From Mytilus trossulus (taxonomy: Eukaryota): a stretch of DNA of 64,000 bases. The stretch lies in assembly GCF_036588685.1 (NCBI RefSeq), contig NC_086379.1:76694001-76758000 (forward strand). The letters run 5' to 3'. Positions 25,365 through 39,549 of the stretch are shown one piece after another. Below the pieces are notes generated by a model. It did no database searches. It worked only from the letters and a program-made list of their open reading frames with translations, and was not told the DNA's origin. The position numbers were made by a program, and so were the translations under genes. Within the stretch, counting starts at the first letter, position 1. Each line of letters starts with the position of its first letter.

Positions 25365-28300
25365 TTAAGGTGTTGGTGGGTCAGTGCTTGGGTTGTCTTG
25401 TCTCCTGCACTGGTTATTAAACAAAGGTCCAGAGTATTCTCCAGCTTGACATACTCTAAGTTGTGTCCTTCCAAAATTTACACAGCGCCCTCCAATTCGT
25501 CGTGTTCGGTACTGTAAATACGACAGACAGCAATGTGAATAAAAAAAACTAACGATACAATCAATACACACATAATTAAGACTTCAAGACAGAAACTTGT
25601 AATCCGGACGTTATCGTTGATTGTTGTTTACCATAAATGAGTTTTGTTTATTGTTTTAATTTTCGTCTGATCGTTGGTTTTTGATGAGACCGTCGTAAAA
25701 CTGAGAGGTTTAGCGCTATTAAACCAGGTTAAATCCACCATTTTCTACATTAGAAACTGCCTGTACCAAGTCAGGAATATGACAGTTGTTGTCCATTCGT
25801 TTGATGTGTTTTGTCATTTGATTTTGTCATGTGATTAGGGACTTTTCGATTGAATTTTATTCGGAGATCAGTATTTTTGTGATTTTACTTTTTTTCTATT
25901 TTGAATTGTTTCACATACTGTCATACCTGATATTATAGGTTATTATACAGTAAAAGTTTTGTTTTATTCTTGAAATCCGTACGCGACAATATGTTGTTTT
26001 CATCGTTGTCCTTTATGTCTATGAATACATGTCTCGTTTGCAATCATATTGCATCTCCTTATTTTATTTTTTATATTTGCAACACATGTAATTTAATTTA
26101 ATTTTGGATGTAACGCGTCTTTTGATTGGCTGACGCTATTTTGTTATCAGCCCATAGACATTACTTAGTCATGTGACCATGACGTCATCAACGCTTTTTC
26201 ATGGTTTTCTATGGTTTAAAATGAAATTTAGAATTAAAGTATAAGAAATGACTGTAATATTTTTTCTGTCTATTCGAAATAACATAAAAAATGTAGTGCA
26301 CACTGTTAAATAAACCGCTACGCGTGTTATTCAGTGTGCAGCAATTATTTTATGTTATTTCTTCATAGACAGAACAAATATTACAGTCATTCCTTAAATA
26401 ATATAAATAGAGTGCATTTTTAGCTACATTCTTAAATTTGACAGATATAACGTTTAGTTTTTTCGTTCAAATTGTTTTACCTGGTCATTTATGGGCCTTT
26501 TATAGCTTACAATGCAGTATGTGCTTTGTTCATTGTTGAAGGCCGTACGGTGACCTATAGTTGATAATTTCTGTGTCATTGTGGTCTCTTGTGGAGAATT
26601 ATCTCATTGGCTATCATACCACATCTTTTTTTATATATATAGATCCGGTTTTAATCAGAGCCTAATTATCTCTTTTGTACCTCAGCAGAAGTTTTTAGAT
26701 ATGTTACTGACGTTTTTTTCATATCCAGTTAAGGTGTTGTCTATGCTTTTCTATCATTCACATATTGGTTGTTTCATATGTTATTCTTGTTAATAAAGAA
26801 CCATAATTTTTTTCATTTAGTGATTGTAAATTCCAGCAATTTATCATGTACATTCGAGCCAATGCATCGGGGTTTGCGATGGTCTAGTTTCATATCAAAT
26901 AATTCATTGAAAGACGTTTTTTGTGTGTACCTAACATTAAGCAGCCCCTCCTAAAAAACAACGAAAAAATATAAAAAGGGGAAAAAACAAAATATGAGTA
27001 TCACAGAAAATTTATATTTCAAGAATTATAAGATTCATTTGCCTTTATTGTTTTTTTTTATATTGTGTTTTGTGTGCTGTTATTTGTTTGTCTGTGTTTT
27101 TCTTTTTTAGTCCTGGCGTTGTCATTTTTTTTTCGATTTGTGTCCCTTTATTAAATGTATCCTGGTCTCTCTTTTGTGAAAGAGGGACGAAAGATACCAA
27201 AGGGACAGTCAAACTCATAAATCTAAAAAAAACTGACAACGCCATGACTAAAAATGAAAAAAGACAGACAGACAAACAATAGTACACATGACACAACATA
27301 GAAACCAAAGAATGCACAACACGACCCCATCAATACTTACCGTTTCAACTTCTACATAACATTCCACATCATTAGGAGATGGTGTGTCAGGTGCAAATCT
27401 CTGAATCTCATCTCTACTGAGGAAACCATCACTGGCCGCGTCTAGTAAAGCTTGATAACTGGGATTTGATAATGTCTGTAAATATTTAAAGTATAAAAAC
27501 GTATTTTGGATGGTAAATATAGGTATCGTTTACACATAAAAATTATTTCATTTCATAAGAACAATCTGTCAAGTTAATGGATAAAGGCAACAGTATTATA
27601 CCGCTGTTCAAATGGAAGAGGAATTGGAATTTGGAAAAAAACATACTTTTGTTTATTTATCAAAAACACTGAATTGAGAGTTTTGTTGTTTACACATGAC
27701 TTAAAATGATTATTTTCTAATTCCAATTGCAGTTTATTCACATGAAGATTATCAGCCTTTAATTTTAAATACACACCAAACATGTGTATCTTATGTTAAG
27801 TCATGGAAGTATAATTTTGATAAAATACTGCCATGGAAAATTGAACTACATCTTTTATAAATATGCAATCTAATTCACAACGTTTTGTGCAGTGACTAAG
27901 ATAAAGTTAACGTTATTATTACCACTGCATGGGTGGGTAATAGTACCTCTGCTGGTAGACTTTTTAATGGATACTGGTTTTTTTTAAATTTGGGGTTATA
28001 CAATTTTAGAAAACATTTTAAAATTAAGTCAGGGAATGGACCCCCATCGTGTATAGCTATGAATCCTTGGCAAATTTGGTTTTGGTCTATTTTTGATTTA
28101 TCTCTTCTTCAACGTTTGAAATAAATTCGTTTTAATATTTTGAGCGAGCATCCCAAAAGAGACATTAATTGTCGAAATGCGCATCTGGTGCAGTGAAATA
28201 AAATTAAACTGTTGACGTGAGTATATACCTAGTCAGAATTGATTCGAGTCAACCTAGCCATATAAAAAGTAAAATCACAAAAATACTGAACTCAGAGGAA

Positions 28301-31300
28301 AATCAATACGGAAAGTCCATAATCACATGACAAAATCAAATAACAAAACGCATCAAAAACGAATAGACAAGAACTGTCATATTCCTGACTTGGTACAGGC
28401 ATTTTCAATTGTAGAAAATGGTGGATAACATAATTCCTCAGTGCATAATTCATAAGTGGAATTGTAGTAAAGGCTGACTCTTTCCTTTAATAATCTTTAT
28501 GACTTATTGAATATATATTTTGATATGCAAAACACATGACTAAACTTAGAATATATCTTTTTGATTTGATAACTTTTTTTATGCATGGAATTCGCAGTGA
28601 CGAAGTACAGGGACTTATAGTTTAAGTGTTACTCTATGTGCAAGTAAAGACGGATATGCAGCCTTTCTGTGTAGTTTTCCACCCTCCAAGACTTCGGGCT
28701 TATAGTTGTTAAAAGTATTTAAATTGTGCATTTTCTAACCTGTTTCAAAAAATATTGCAAGATATTGCCAATGTGAAAAATGCAATCGTATTTGAAAAAA
28801 TGTTCCACTTTTTTGTTGCTGGTAAGATGGTCATTTAAAATTGTAGCTGTAATAACTATAAGTATTAGAGAGAAAAAACAGGATTCAGGAAAACAATAAA
28901 TGTTCTTGAAATACTTTGATTATCATTTCTTTCAGCTTTTTTAATTTCAAGATAAATTTGCAAGAAAAAAAGAAATAACAAAAATACCGATTCCAAGGAA
29001 AATTCAAAACAGAAATCCCTTTATCAAATGCCAAAAGGAAAAGCTCAAATAGTTATCAGAGGTACCAGGCTAATAATTATATACGCCAGACGCGCGTTTT
29101 GGTTACACAAGACTCATCAGTGAGGCTCAGATCAAAATAGTTATAAAGCCAAACACGTACAAGTTGAAGAGTATTGAGGCCCCAAAATTCCAAAAAGTTG
29201 TGCCATATACGACTAAGTTAATCCATGCCTGGGATAAGAAAATCCTTAGTATTTCGAAAAAATCATACTTTTATAAACAGGAATTTATAAAAATGACCAT
29301 ATAATAGACCACTTTCGAGTTCATCCGTCACCGGCAAAAATTAGTCAATTATACACGCCTTTATGACGTCATTTACCAGATAGAGGGGCTCGCCTGTATC
29401 CCTGCACTATTTACGTTCATCAAGCGTCTTAGTGATCGTCTTTGTGCAGGATAAACTAGAAATAATGGTTGCTCTGTAGGTACTTACTGACATTTCCCTA
29501 ATGACAGCAGTGTTGATTGTCAATTTTGAGAATTCAATTTGCCAAATAATTCGTACAATATAGAATTATAGTTTTCCAACCACTCGCTCAACATTGGAAG
29601 GAAATGACGACGCCCCTAAACGCACAAATGACGATGATAAAGGCGCGTATAATTGACGAGTTTTTTCCGGTGACGGATGAACTCGAAAGTGGTCTATTGA
29701 TATTCATGTCAACACTGAAGTGCTAACAACTAGGCTGGTGATACCTCGGGGACAAAACGTCCACCAGCAGTGGCATCGACCCAGTGGTGTAAATTGTTAA
29801 CAAAGGTATCAAGCACATCAAACAAATAGAAAACAACGCTACTACATATCAGTGTAGTCTAGTCGTATCAACAGAAATAGAAATAATTTAAATCGCCAAA
29901 TTATTAAAGATTGAAAATAGAAGTTGTGTGAAAACCTCAAAATATGATTTTGTTAAGAATAAATTTTCTCGTCATTAATAGAACAATCTAATACATGTAT
30001 TTTACCATTCTCACTTGACGATTGATTTCTCTTCCAACTCGGAACAAACCAATTGATTTAAGACTCCTATGCATTTAACTACAAAAATGTTCGTTCCCAG
30101 TAAAACGCAGAAGATTATTCTAGAAATAAATCACGTTACATGAACTTGCATGACATATAAGGGATTTAAATTGACTATTTGCGAAAACATAAACCTATAC
30201 AGTTTTCAATGTATTGAAAAAAGAACGTGAATTGTAATTCAATGTCTCATGATTTTTATATTTATTTCAAAAACCAAACTCATGAAACGAGTCCTAATAT
30301 GACTGATGATTTGGTTATCAAGAGTGTTTGTTATTTTCTGTAATAGGGAGTTATTTTCACCCATTAAATGTATAAAAAGTAAAAAATCACAAATATACTG
30401 AACTCCGATGAAAATTCCAAACAGAAAATCCCTAATCAAATGGCAAAATCAAAAGCTCCAAAACAACAAACGAATGGAAAACAACTGCAGGCCCAGATCC
30501 AGAGGAAGATTCCGGGAGTTGGAACCCCCCCCCCCCTGCTTTTTTTGGACGATCAATGCATTTGAATGTGGACATGTAATTGGAACCCCCTTTTTTCCTG
30601 GGTTAGGACCCCCTTTTAAAATGGCTGGATCCGCTCCTGAACTGTCATATTCCTGACTTGGTACAAGCATTTTCTTATGCAGAAAATGATTTATTAAACA
30701 AACCTGAGTATATAGCTAGCTTGTATATTTATAATGATTGTAACAAATAAGCTGTCATAGATATTCATGTTATAATTTAATGAGTTGCTTCACTATGGTT
30801 TTGGGCATTCTTGGTTTTAAACGAAGTATGAATTTACCCCAAAAATTACAAGCTCATTGCAAATAATTATATACCTGGCATTTACTTTTGACACTTAACT
30901 ACCATTTGAGAATATTTCATTTTTACTGTTTTCTGTTTTAGTGAAGTTGATTTTGCTTTCATTAATACGAAAAGTATATCTGAACTTGTCGGGTAAATGT
31001 TATTTATATGTGAACCAACTTAAATATCAGTAACCAAATTTTGAAACCAATCGACAGAAATAAATCGTTTTCTTGCTTCTTTCACATTAAAGCAGAATTT
31101 TGCAAGATGTCAAAAACAAAAGAAGAGCAAAAGACACCAAAGGGACAGTCAAACTCATACAAATTATCTTATAAAAAGACAAACCGAGCATAAATAAAGG
31201 CAACAGTAGTATACCGCTGTTCGAAAAATCGATAGAAAAAAAAACCGGGTTATACAAACTAAAACTGAGGGAAACGCATTAAACATAAGACAACAACGAC

Positions 31301-32091
31301 ACAACATTAAAATGTAACACTAAAAGAAACGAACTAAGCATTAGACAAAATCCGATTAGAAAAACAAATATAACATCAAAACTAAAAACCGTGACACGTA
31401 GTAATGTGAATTCACACTCAAATATAAGAGGAAACAAACGACACAACAGAAACAAAACGTTAAAATGTAAAACACACAGGAACGAACTATGATATAACAA
31501 TGGCCATATTCCTGACTTGGTACATGACATTTTTAAGCAAAAAATGGTGGGTTGAACCTGGTTTTGTGGTATGCCAAACCGCCTACTTAATGGCAATGTA
31601 AAATATAACATTAAAATGACAACTTTACATTACAGGACTACAATACAAATAAATAGGAGAACATATTGGACAAAGAAACACACGAATAATAGTTAACAAA
31701 AGGCACCAGGTTTAAAATTATACCCCAGAAGTGCATTTTGTCCACACAAGACTAACTAGTGACGCCCAGATACAAAAGTTCGAAAGCCAAAGGCACTGAG
31801 GACCAAAAGTTCAAAAAAGTTGTGCCCAATACGGCTAGGGTTTTCTGCTAGGGATAAGAAAATCCTTATTATTTGCAATAATTCATACACTTGCAAACAG
31901 TAAATTTTATAAAATGACTATATAATAGATATATGATAAAACTCAAGTATTAACCAATTACAAAAACTTACCTGACTGTTGCCCATCTGCGAAGCAGCAA
32001 CCATTCTTTTACCCGATATCCGTATTCCCTCACGGCAGAGGTAACCAAAAACTAAACTCAAAATAACGGATAGCCGAAACATGTATTCCAT
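25365..32091 (-). CDS. Small putative secreted protein, 133 aa, 3 exons, 4-Cys C-terminal domain; uncharacterised
   Basis: Exons 32091-31972 (MEYMFRLSVILSLVFGYLC..GNSQ|GTAAGT), 27475-27341 (TLSNPSYQALLDAASDGFLSRDEIQRFAPDTPSPNDVECYVEVET|GTAAGT) and 25511-25365 (YRTRRIGGRCVNFGRTQLRVCQAGEYSGPLFNNQC..TP*). Both acceptors are TTTACAG, all introns are phase 0 and the frame is open throughout. Confidence 0.8.
25687..25787 (+). ncRNA. Twister-ribozyme-like motif (P5-permuted)
   Basis: GA-GGT (25705-25709) pairs with ACC in CCTG-TACCAAGT-CAGG (25760-25775). T2 is AC/GT. P2 is weak. Confidence 0.6.
26095..26397. mobile_element. Approximately 300-bp interspersed element; the inverted second copy at 40053-42135 is split by an insertion
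   Basis: AATTTTGGATGTAACGCGTC...TTACAGTCATTCCTTAA. Internal inverted repeat AATGACTGTAATATTT/AAATATTACAGTCATT. Confidence 0.7.
29050..29815 (-). mobile_element. Full retrozyme-like monomer (about 355 bp) interrupted by a MITE
   Basis: The hammerhead at about 29082-29126 has CTGATGA intact but GAAA mutated. The body resumes after 29697. Terminal redundancy TTATCAGAGGTACCAGGC / TTAACAAAGGTATCAAGC. Confidence 0.75.
29306..29695. mobile_element. 390-bp MITE with long TIRs, AT target (PIF/ISL2EU-like)
   Basis: AT-AGACCACTTTCGAGTTCATCCGTCACCGG...CCGGTGACGGATGAACTCGAAAGTGGTCT-AT. A near-identical inverted copy lies at 56739-57128. Confidence 0.9.
30488..30639. mobile_element. Short GC-rich MITE (CAGG..GATCC / GGATCC..CCTG) with a 5-bp TSD
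   Basis: AACTG is duplicated on both sides, and the host repeat normally reads AACAACTGTCATATT. Relatives at about 54970-55116, 2610-2649 and 2057-2125. Confidence 0.75.
31700..31960 (-). mobile_element. Decayed retrozyme-like repeat
   Basis: Homologous to 29060-29300. The hammerhead core is degenerate. Confidence 0.6.
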
Positions 32092-33399
32092 ATTGCTTAC
32101 GGCGACAAGTTGAGCAAAATGTGTTTCTTTTTCAATCGGACACAAAATAGTCATATTAACGATCCCTACGACCACGCATTATTGTCTGAGAATAATTTAT
32201 AATTGTCAAGCACCCTTGATATGGCATACTTTGATGTACCAACTGATAAGGGCCCTAATGTCATTCAACAGTTCTTTGATAATTAGTAAATTGCGGAACA
32301 GATCAAGGCGATATACAAAAAATACTGCAATTACACCTCAATTGATAAAACAAAAACCAATTCCCGATTATAAACCGGAAACATCGGCACCAGCAGTTCT
32401 TTTACGGAGCTTTTAACTGCAGAAAAATACAGCTAAAAGTAAATCTGATTCAATACAGATAATCAAGTTGTTCGAAGTACCACCCTAAGCTGTCTCTTTT
32501 TAATAAAGTACGCATAATCAAATTGACTGAATATCGATAATGTTCAAATTACTTTAACCTTTTAGGACGATGTGTATGAGGCAAACATATTAAATTTGTA
32601 TCACAGGCACTTGTCTCTGGGATTAAAAGACAAGTGTCTGTCCTTCATATGAAGTTGTTTAAAAATGTTGAATCAGATATTTGAATGAAGAATACATGGT
32701 CGTAGAAAAAAGGCAGAATACAAAGTGGCATTTTATTTTTATATTTTCATTAAAAATGTATCATCTATTCATACTTGTGTGGAAATTTCTGTTCCTTCTC
32801 TAGAATTATCTTTAGGTCATTAAAGAACAGACTGCCTGAAAAAGTCTCCCGCTATGATCACAGGTTCCAAGTCAGGATCCTGTAATCCAGTGGTTTTCTT
32901 TAATTGTTGCTGTGTTAATGTATTTGTTTTTCGAACGTTATTTAATTCATAAAACGTAAAATCACAAACTCCGAGGATAATTCAAAACGAAAAGTCCCTT
33001 ATCAAATGTCAAAATCTACACATCAAACGAATGGATAACAAAAAGTAAAATCACAAAAATACTGACCTCCGAGGAAAATTCGAAACGAAAAGCACCAAAT
33101 CAAATGGCAAAATCAAATAATAAAACACAACAAACGAATGGACACCTGTCATATTCCTGGCTTGGTACAGACATTTTTCCAATGTAGAAAATGGTACATT
33201 AAAACCTGGTTTTATTGCTAGATAAATTTCTCACTTGTGTGACAGTCGCGTCAAATTTCATTATATTGACAACGATGTGTGAACAAAACAATCAGACATA
33301 AAAGGTAAAACATTCAAATTAGACCTTTAGTTTATCGTTTGAATTGGTTTACATTTTATGTAACATATAGAGACACACACACATGAATGACAAAACACC

Positions 33400-33880
33400 C
33401 AAATTACAAAAATAGTACAAGTATGACTGTGGGACACATTCGGAATGCACTTCCGGGCCAGAAAGAAAAAAAAACTAATTTTGTAAGCCACTTCATATAT
33501 GGATGTCTAAAAACATCAGCAAGAACCTCAAAATTATGATATATAATAGCTGTTTACTATCAGTGGTGCTGTATAGGGAAGAATGATGAAGAATGACAGA
33601 TTAGACATCAACATGCTCTAACAGTTTTCTCAACAGCTGCCTCAAAGGTTAAACAAAATACTCCTTGAAACAACACTACTTACGCAAAAACGATGGATAT
33701 AGATTGGACATGTTAAAATTTCTGCGAAGACCAGCTGAGGACTTTAGATGGACACCAGAAATAAACAGGAAAACATGGGACAAAATAGAAAAGACAGACA
33801 AGAACAGAGATGCGTTGAAAGATCTAACCATTTCCCTACATGTCTCAGGGTATAACAAGGACTAGGTAGGCAGGTAACTG
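33400..33880 (+). mobile_element. Decayed RTE-type LINE 3' fragment
   Basis: Remnant KRWI*IGHV and LRWTPE-like peptides, typical of RTE C-termini, followed by a short repeat tail. Confidence 0.45.
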
Positions 33881-36800
33881 CTTGTTTTGTTTATAACTTC
33901 TGTATATGTATCTGTTGCCATTCGGTGATATATTATCTATATTATTATTCATCAGTCGATTACAGAGCTTTTGAAACATCGGGTTGTATTCTTATGTGTA
34001 TATACTACTCAACTAAAGTGTAGCAAACACAACATCTGACAGAAAACATAATAAAAACATCAATTTTGTCTTTAAAAGTTTGTGTTTTCTTAATCATGTT
34101 AATCTTCAATCATTTTTGTATTCAATAGGACTATAGTTTTGCTGGACAAACTTCAGACAGCTACACTCTATGCAAATTTTGAGGAAGTGGTCGAAATTTC
34201 ATCAAAATTAAAGGATACAACGAGCAAAATTGAGGGAATCGGTGAATAAAACGTGAAAAAAAAAATGCAGAACTCAAATGAAAAATAAAGCAGAAAGTGT
34301 CTTATCATATGGAAAATCAAAAGCTCAATTACATCAAACAAATAGAATATGATGGCATGATTAAACATATGTTTCCCTCGTCCCAAAATTGTTTGTCATA
34401 GGTTTGTAGTATGCATTTGTAACATATCCAACATCCTTTAAAACAGGAATGCTATTAATTTAAGATCATTGTCTTCAAAGATATAAGTTCTCAAAGTTTG
34501 ACCCCCATTTATCTCAATTTAAGTCTTGCAAAACGTTATTTGTGTAGTATATATGAAAACCCGACTTTGAATAAAGATAAGTTATCTTTACTTCACTGCT
34601 GTTAAAATAGTAAGGTTGAGGTCTGGTCGTTCGTTTTGGATAGACATGTACATAACAATGATTATAAAGATTATATATATAGTTAAGTTAAATCTCTGAC
34701 ATGATTATCAAGAATTAGAACTTTTATTTAAACATTTATAACTGAATCATGAAAAGTAAGCAAAGATGAAGATCAATTGTATGCAACTTTAGAAAACAAA
34801 ATGCAGTTGGACTCATACAAGTCTTTTTAAATGCATCAACTTGTCAAGTCTATATCTTGTACCAATGAAAGCAACATCATAAACTATGAACTGAAGGTAG
34901 GAATTAACTTTCTTTAACTGAGGAACGAATATGCATATGGCTCTGAAGTTAATTCACAAGATGTGACTACACGACAAAGATACAAAACAATCAACAAAAA
35001 TATTTTCCAATTTCGAGATAAAGATAATAATCTGTGAAATGGAGGTTTTTACGACCAATATACTTCCTACTACATTGTTCTAGGTGAAAGATTATGAAAA
35101 CTTTACTCCAATGACATTACCAGAAATGATTTCTGAGCAAGGAGAAATCTGCAATCATTTTTAATTTTTGTTTGAAAACTAAGATTACTATAACCCATTG
35201 AATGAAAGTTTTATAGAATGGTACATGGGGTTATTAGATAAGAAATAAATAAAGCTGATGAGAAAGCTTACAGATTTAACAAATAAATTATATTTTGACC
35301 AACCGAATATAAACACTATTCAAACAGATAAAAATATTAGTAATTGGCAATAACTGTGAAATGTTGCAGAGTCAGCCAGACACATTTAAATATATTCAAT
35401 TCAAATGGCACCTGGACTTAAGCCTTAATTAAGTGATACAAGATTAAGGTAGTACAAAGAATTAAAACCGCCATCAATTGCATTACTATTACCGAGATCT
35501 AGGTATGTAACTGATGAGGTCAAACTTTCTAATTCATATATTGGCTCTGTCATTGTAATCACAGACATGTACATTGGACAATGCCATTTATAATCTTGAG
35601 TACTAGTTTTGTACAATAATTGTATAAAGTATCACTAAGACTCTTAGTACAAAATAAGAATGTGTCCATAGTACATGGATGCCCCACTTGCACTATCATT
35701 GTCTATGTTCAGTGGACTGTGAAATTTGGGTCATCAAAAAATCTATCTAGGAATTAAAATTTGAAAGATCATAGCATAGAGAACATGTATACTAAGTATC
35801 AACTTGATTGGACACTTCAACTTTGTCAGAAACTACCCTGACAAAAAATCTTTAACATTTGACGGACAGATGGACTAAAGGACGGATGTCGTGGTCTATT
35901 ATACCTGTATAACAGAAAAGTGTTTGGTTTTTTTTCTTGTTCATTTTGTAATTTTTTGTATTCCACTTTTAACGGTAAGTAAGCAAGTAATGAATGAAAT
36001 GAAGACCTGTAAAAGTAGATACAAGTTTAAAGATTTTGAAGGTGATATTAAAAAGAGTCAAGGTTCAGATACACTTTTGAGCATAACACTTAACTGAAAC
36101 ATGCCTTTCATTTTTTCAGACGATTTGAAATGGATATGACAAAAATCATAATTGTTGAGAAAGCACAAATGCTTAAAAGACTTTAGAGCATACATGAGTG
36201 TTCATGGACAGAACTTTCATATGCAGTCAATATAATTTGGTTTCCTTACCATGCAAGTAAAAACTAAAACAAAATATAAATTAAAATAAATAATTTATTA
36301 AATATTCAATCACAGATCTCACCATTCATAGACAATCAACACACTGTGTATTTACAAAAAAAAAGACCAATGTGCTGCAAGTGAAGAAAATAACATTCAT
36401 CTTCATTCATAAATTGTTTTGTATGATAGAAGGCTCATCAATAACACATATTAAATATTAATAGGTTTTGAGGTATCTTTGATATCTTGAGTTTAAGAAA
36501 TTCTGTCATTTTTAGACAGAGTGCACCAGTACAATCTCAATAAAATATCAAATTTCGAACATGAGTTTAACACATCCATATGAATGTATGAATACATGTA
36601 TATATAAATAAATGTACCAAGTTAATAGTCATCTTCCAAAAAACACAATCTTACTCAGACATTAAGCCACATCCAGAATTTTGCCCCTCCCCAAACCCTT
36701 TTTCTGTCAAATTGTTGAATTGATTCAGATTTTTTACCAGACACAAAATGTGAATATGATTTTTATTTACCTTTATAGACTTAGATTAGTCAATATGTAT

Positions 36801-36959
36801 ACCCATATAATGCCCCGGAAAAATGAAATGATTGGCATGGGTTGGCCACATTTTTAGCTCTGACCACTAAGAGTGGTGCTTAAAAATCACTTTGTGTTAA
36901 GTGATTAGTTTTAAAAAAATTATTAAAATTTGAAAATGTGATCCCAATATATATATATA

Positions 36960-37564
36960 GAGAGCCCAGGTGGTCGTGTGGTCTAGCGGGACGGCTGCAG
37001 TGCAGGCGATTTGGTGTCACGATATCACAGTAGCATGGGTTCGAATCCCGGCGAGGGAAGAACCAAAAATTTGCGAAAGCAAATTTACAGATCTAACATT
37101 GTTGGGTTGATGTTTAGACGAGTTGTATATATATATACATATCACCATCATTGATGGCGATCCGATGGATACATCTGTTGTAGGGTTGTCACTGACTCAG
37201 ACGTACTTATGAATATAATTATTTTCTGTGACTGTATCTTACATTAATTTGTAGGATCCTTTACTATAGATAATTTAGCTGATCTGTAACAATAACATCT
37301 TCATGCCTTATATATCATGTACTGTAGTACGCCGCTAGATTAAAACTGACGTGGAAAGGTAACATATGGCCACCGAAAGCTCTTTTTTTGAGAGCCCAGG
37401 TGGTCGTGTGGTCTAGCGGGACGGCTGCAGTGCAGGCGATTTGGTGTCACGATATCACAGTAGCATGGGTTCGAATCCCGGCGAGGGAAGAACCAAAAAT
37501 TTGCGAAAGCAAATTTACAGATCTAACATTGTTGGGTTGATGTTTAGACGAGTTGTATATATAT
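36960..37564 (+). repeat. tRNA-derived unit duplicated at a 430-bp period (two identical copies of about 175 bp) with (TA)n flanks
   Basis: 36960-37134 is identical to 37390-37564. A box TGGTCGTGTGG and B box GGTTCGAATCC are present, but the acceptor stem does not pair. A T7 run precedes the second copy. Confidence 0.85.
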
Positions 37565-39549
37565 TATATTGCCCTCACTCTTAGAATAATGTATAAAATT
37601 CTTAACTTGGATAAAAAATAATTTTGTGTTATGCCATTCAAGTTTTAAATCCTTGAAACTGAGAGAACCTTCAATGAAATTAAATCTAGTTGAAAAACAT
37701 AAGGAATTTGAAGATTTTTAAAGCCAATTAAGCCATATTTATCTTTGAATCATGGTTAACCCCTGGTTACCCAGACTGTATCATAAACTTCAACATGTAA
37801 AGTTGTAAACTAACAAAAGCTTCCATCAGTAGCATGAGTAGTGTAAAGAACCAGGAAAAAAATCCATGAAATGAGATGTGCCAAGTCTCATCCATTTCCT
37901 AAAAATTAGACAATAACAAACTTAACAATTTGTTAGCACTGCCATAAAAAACAAAAGCTTCCATGACTTTTTAAAGGCGAGACAAAATCCATTCCCAATA
38001 AAATTAATCAAAAGTAAGGTGAGTATGTCAAAAACAACGTAATGCTTTATACACAAACAAATAACAGAACACAATATGAAGAATAAACTAGTGATGTCAT
38101 AACAATTTAAAGCACCAAAACAATGTTCAGCTATTTTCAAAATTAGAATATTATATATCTACTTCAAGCAAAATTTCTTAATGGAGCAAGCAAGCAAGCA
38201 ATAGGTAAATTAATCTATATGACACATAAAGAATAACCAATCTTAATCACCTTTTTGCATAGAAAAACTATGGTTTCATCAGTTTCACCAAAAAATGAAT
38301 TTCCAACTAAATGAGGCCCAAAAATAAATTGAAGGAGGCTTGCAGGTATAAATCCTTTTTTTTTAAATGTAGGATTTCCCTATTTGTTTCTACAAATAAA
38401 CTTCACTCTGCTATACTAGTTCACTAGACCAATGCCCCAGACTAGTAAAATTTCATTCCAACTATTAAGTTTTGCAAAACATTTTTTTCCTGTTGAACTT
38501 ATAGGAGAATATAAAAGGTAATATCGAATAAGAAAGAACTAAATTACAGAAATCACTAAAATTTACAAAAGTTCAGTTTAAGAAGTTTATTTATAGAAAA
38601 AAAAATAAAAAATATAGGTCACCAATGAGTTAAACGAGTAAATTGAACATGCAAAAGAATGGCATTTATTCACCAAAGGGAGATAACTTGGAGCCTTTTC
38701 AATAAAACATTTTAAAGTCATCTGGGGCCAAAACGAATAGATTTTTTGGGTTGATTTTTGTACCTTATCACAACTAGTTAGTGTAATAAATAAAATTTGT
38801 AATGAAAAAAGAAATGATTTAATTTTTGCTGAATTTTTGTACCCTCGAGTCTCCTTAAGCACAATTGAGTACAAGAACAAGTCTGACCTTGTTGGTCTTG
38901 GTTAATACATTCAACAATGCCGCAAAACTTCTTGTAAAACTGTGATAGATGAACACATATAAAGCAATAATTAAAATTAACATAAATCTTACAAATTAAC
39001 AGCTTTTGCATCAAATTCATATACTACCAGTTGTCCAATATTTTTAATAAAATAAATGCATGCATAAAAACCTAAAATACAGTAAACTATTTAACTTATT
39101 ATCCACTTATTCTTTTTCATAAGATAATAGACATTTTCTTAAGCTTAAATCTGTTTAACAGCTAATCTTGAAAAAGCTTTCTGTAGAAATTTATTGTAAT
39201 ATAAGTCCTTTAAACTTAGATTTTAATGGATTTATTACTATGATGGAGGAAATGCTCAACATTTATTTCTATAAAGATAAACTATTAAAGTCTCCTCAGA
39301 ATTTCGATTTTCAAATGATTCAAATGCAGTTTGTTTTGGGATGAGTTATAATTTCCAATACTTCATCTTAAGGGGAATCATTAGTATTGTCTGAGCCAAG
39401 TAAGTAACCTTGGTATATCTGCTTAAAGTTTTTGCAGCATTATCACATATGTAACAATTCAAATTGACCAGTGTGACCTGTTTCCGGTTACATCATATTA
39501 GAATGGTCAAGTTTGAAACAATTCCAGTAATTCTATCATATTAGAATGG

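Noticed and set aside
36964-37050. Functional tRNA gene (and its copy at 37394)
   Set aside because: A and B boxes are present, but the acceptor stem (GCCCAGG/CGAGGGA) and anticodon arm do not pair. It is a tRNA-derived repeat.
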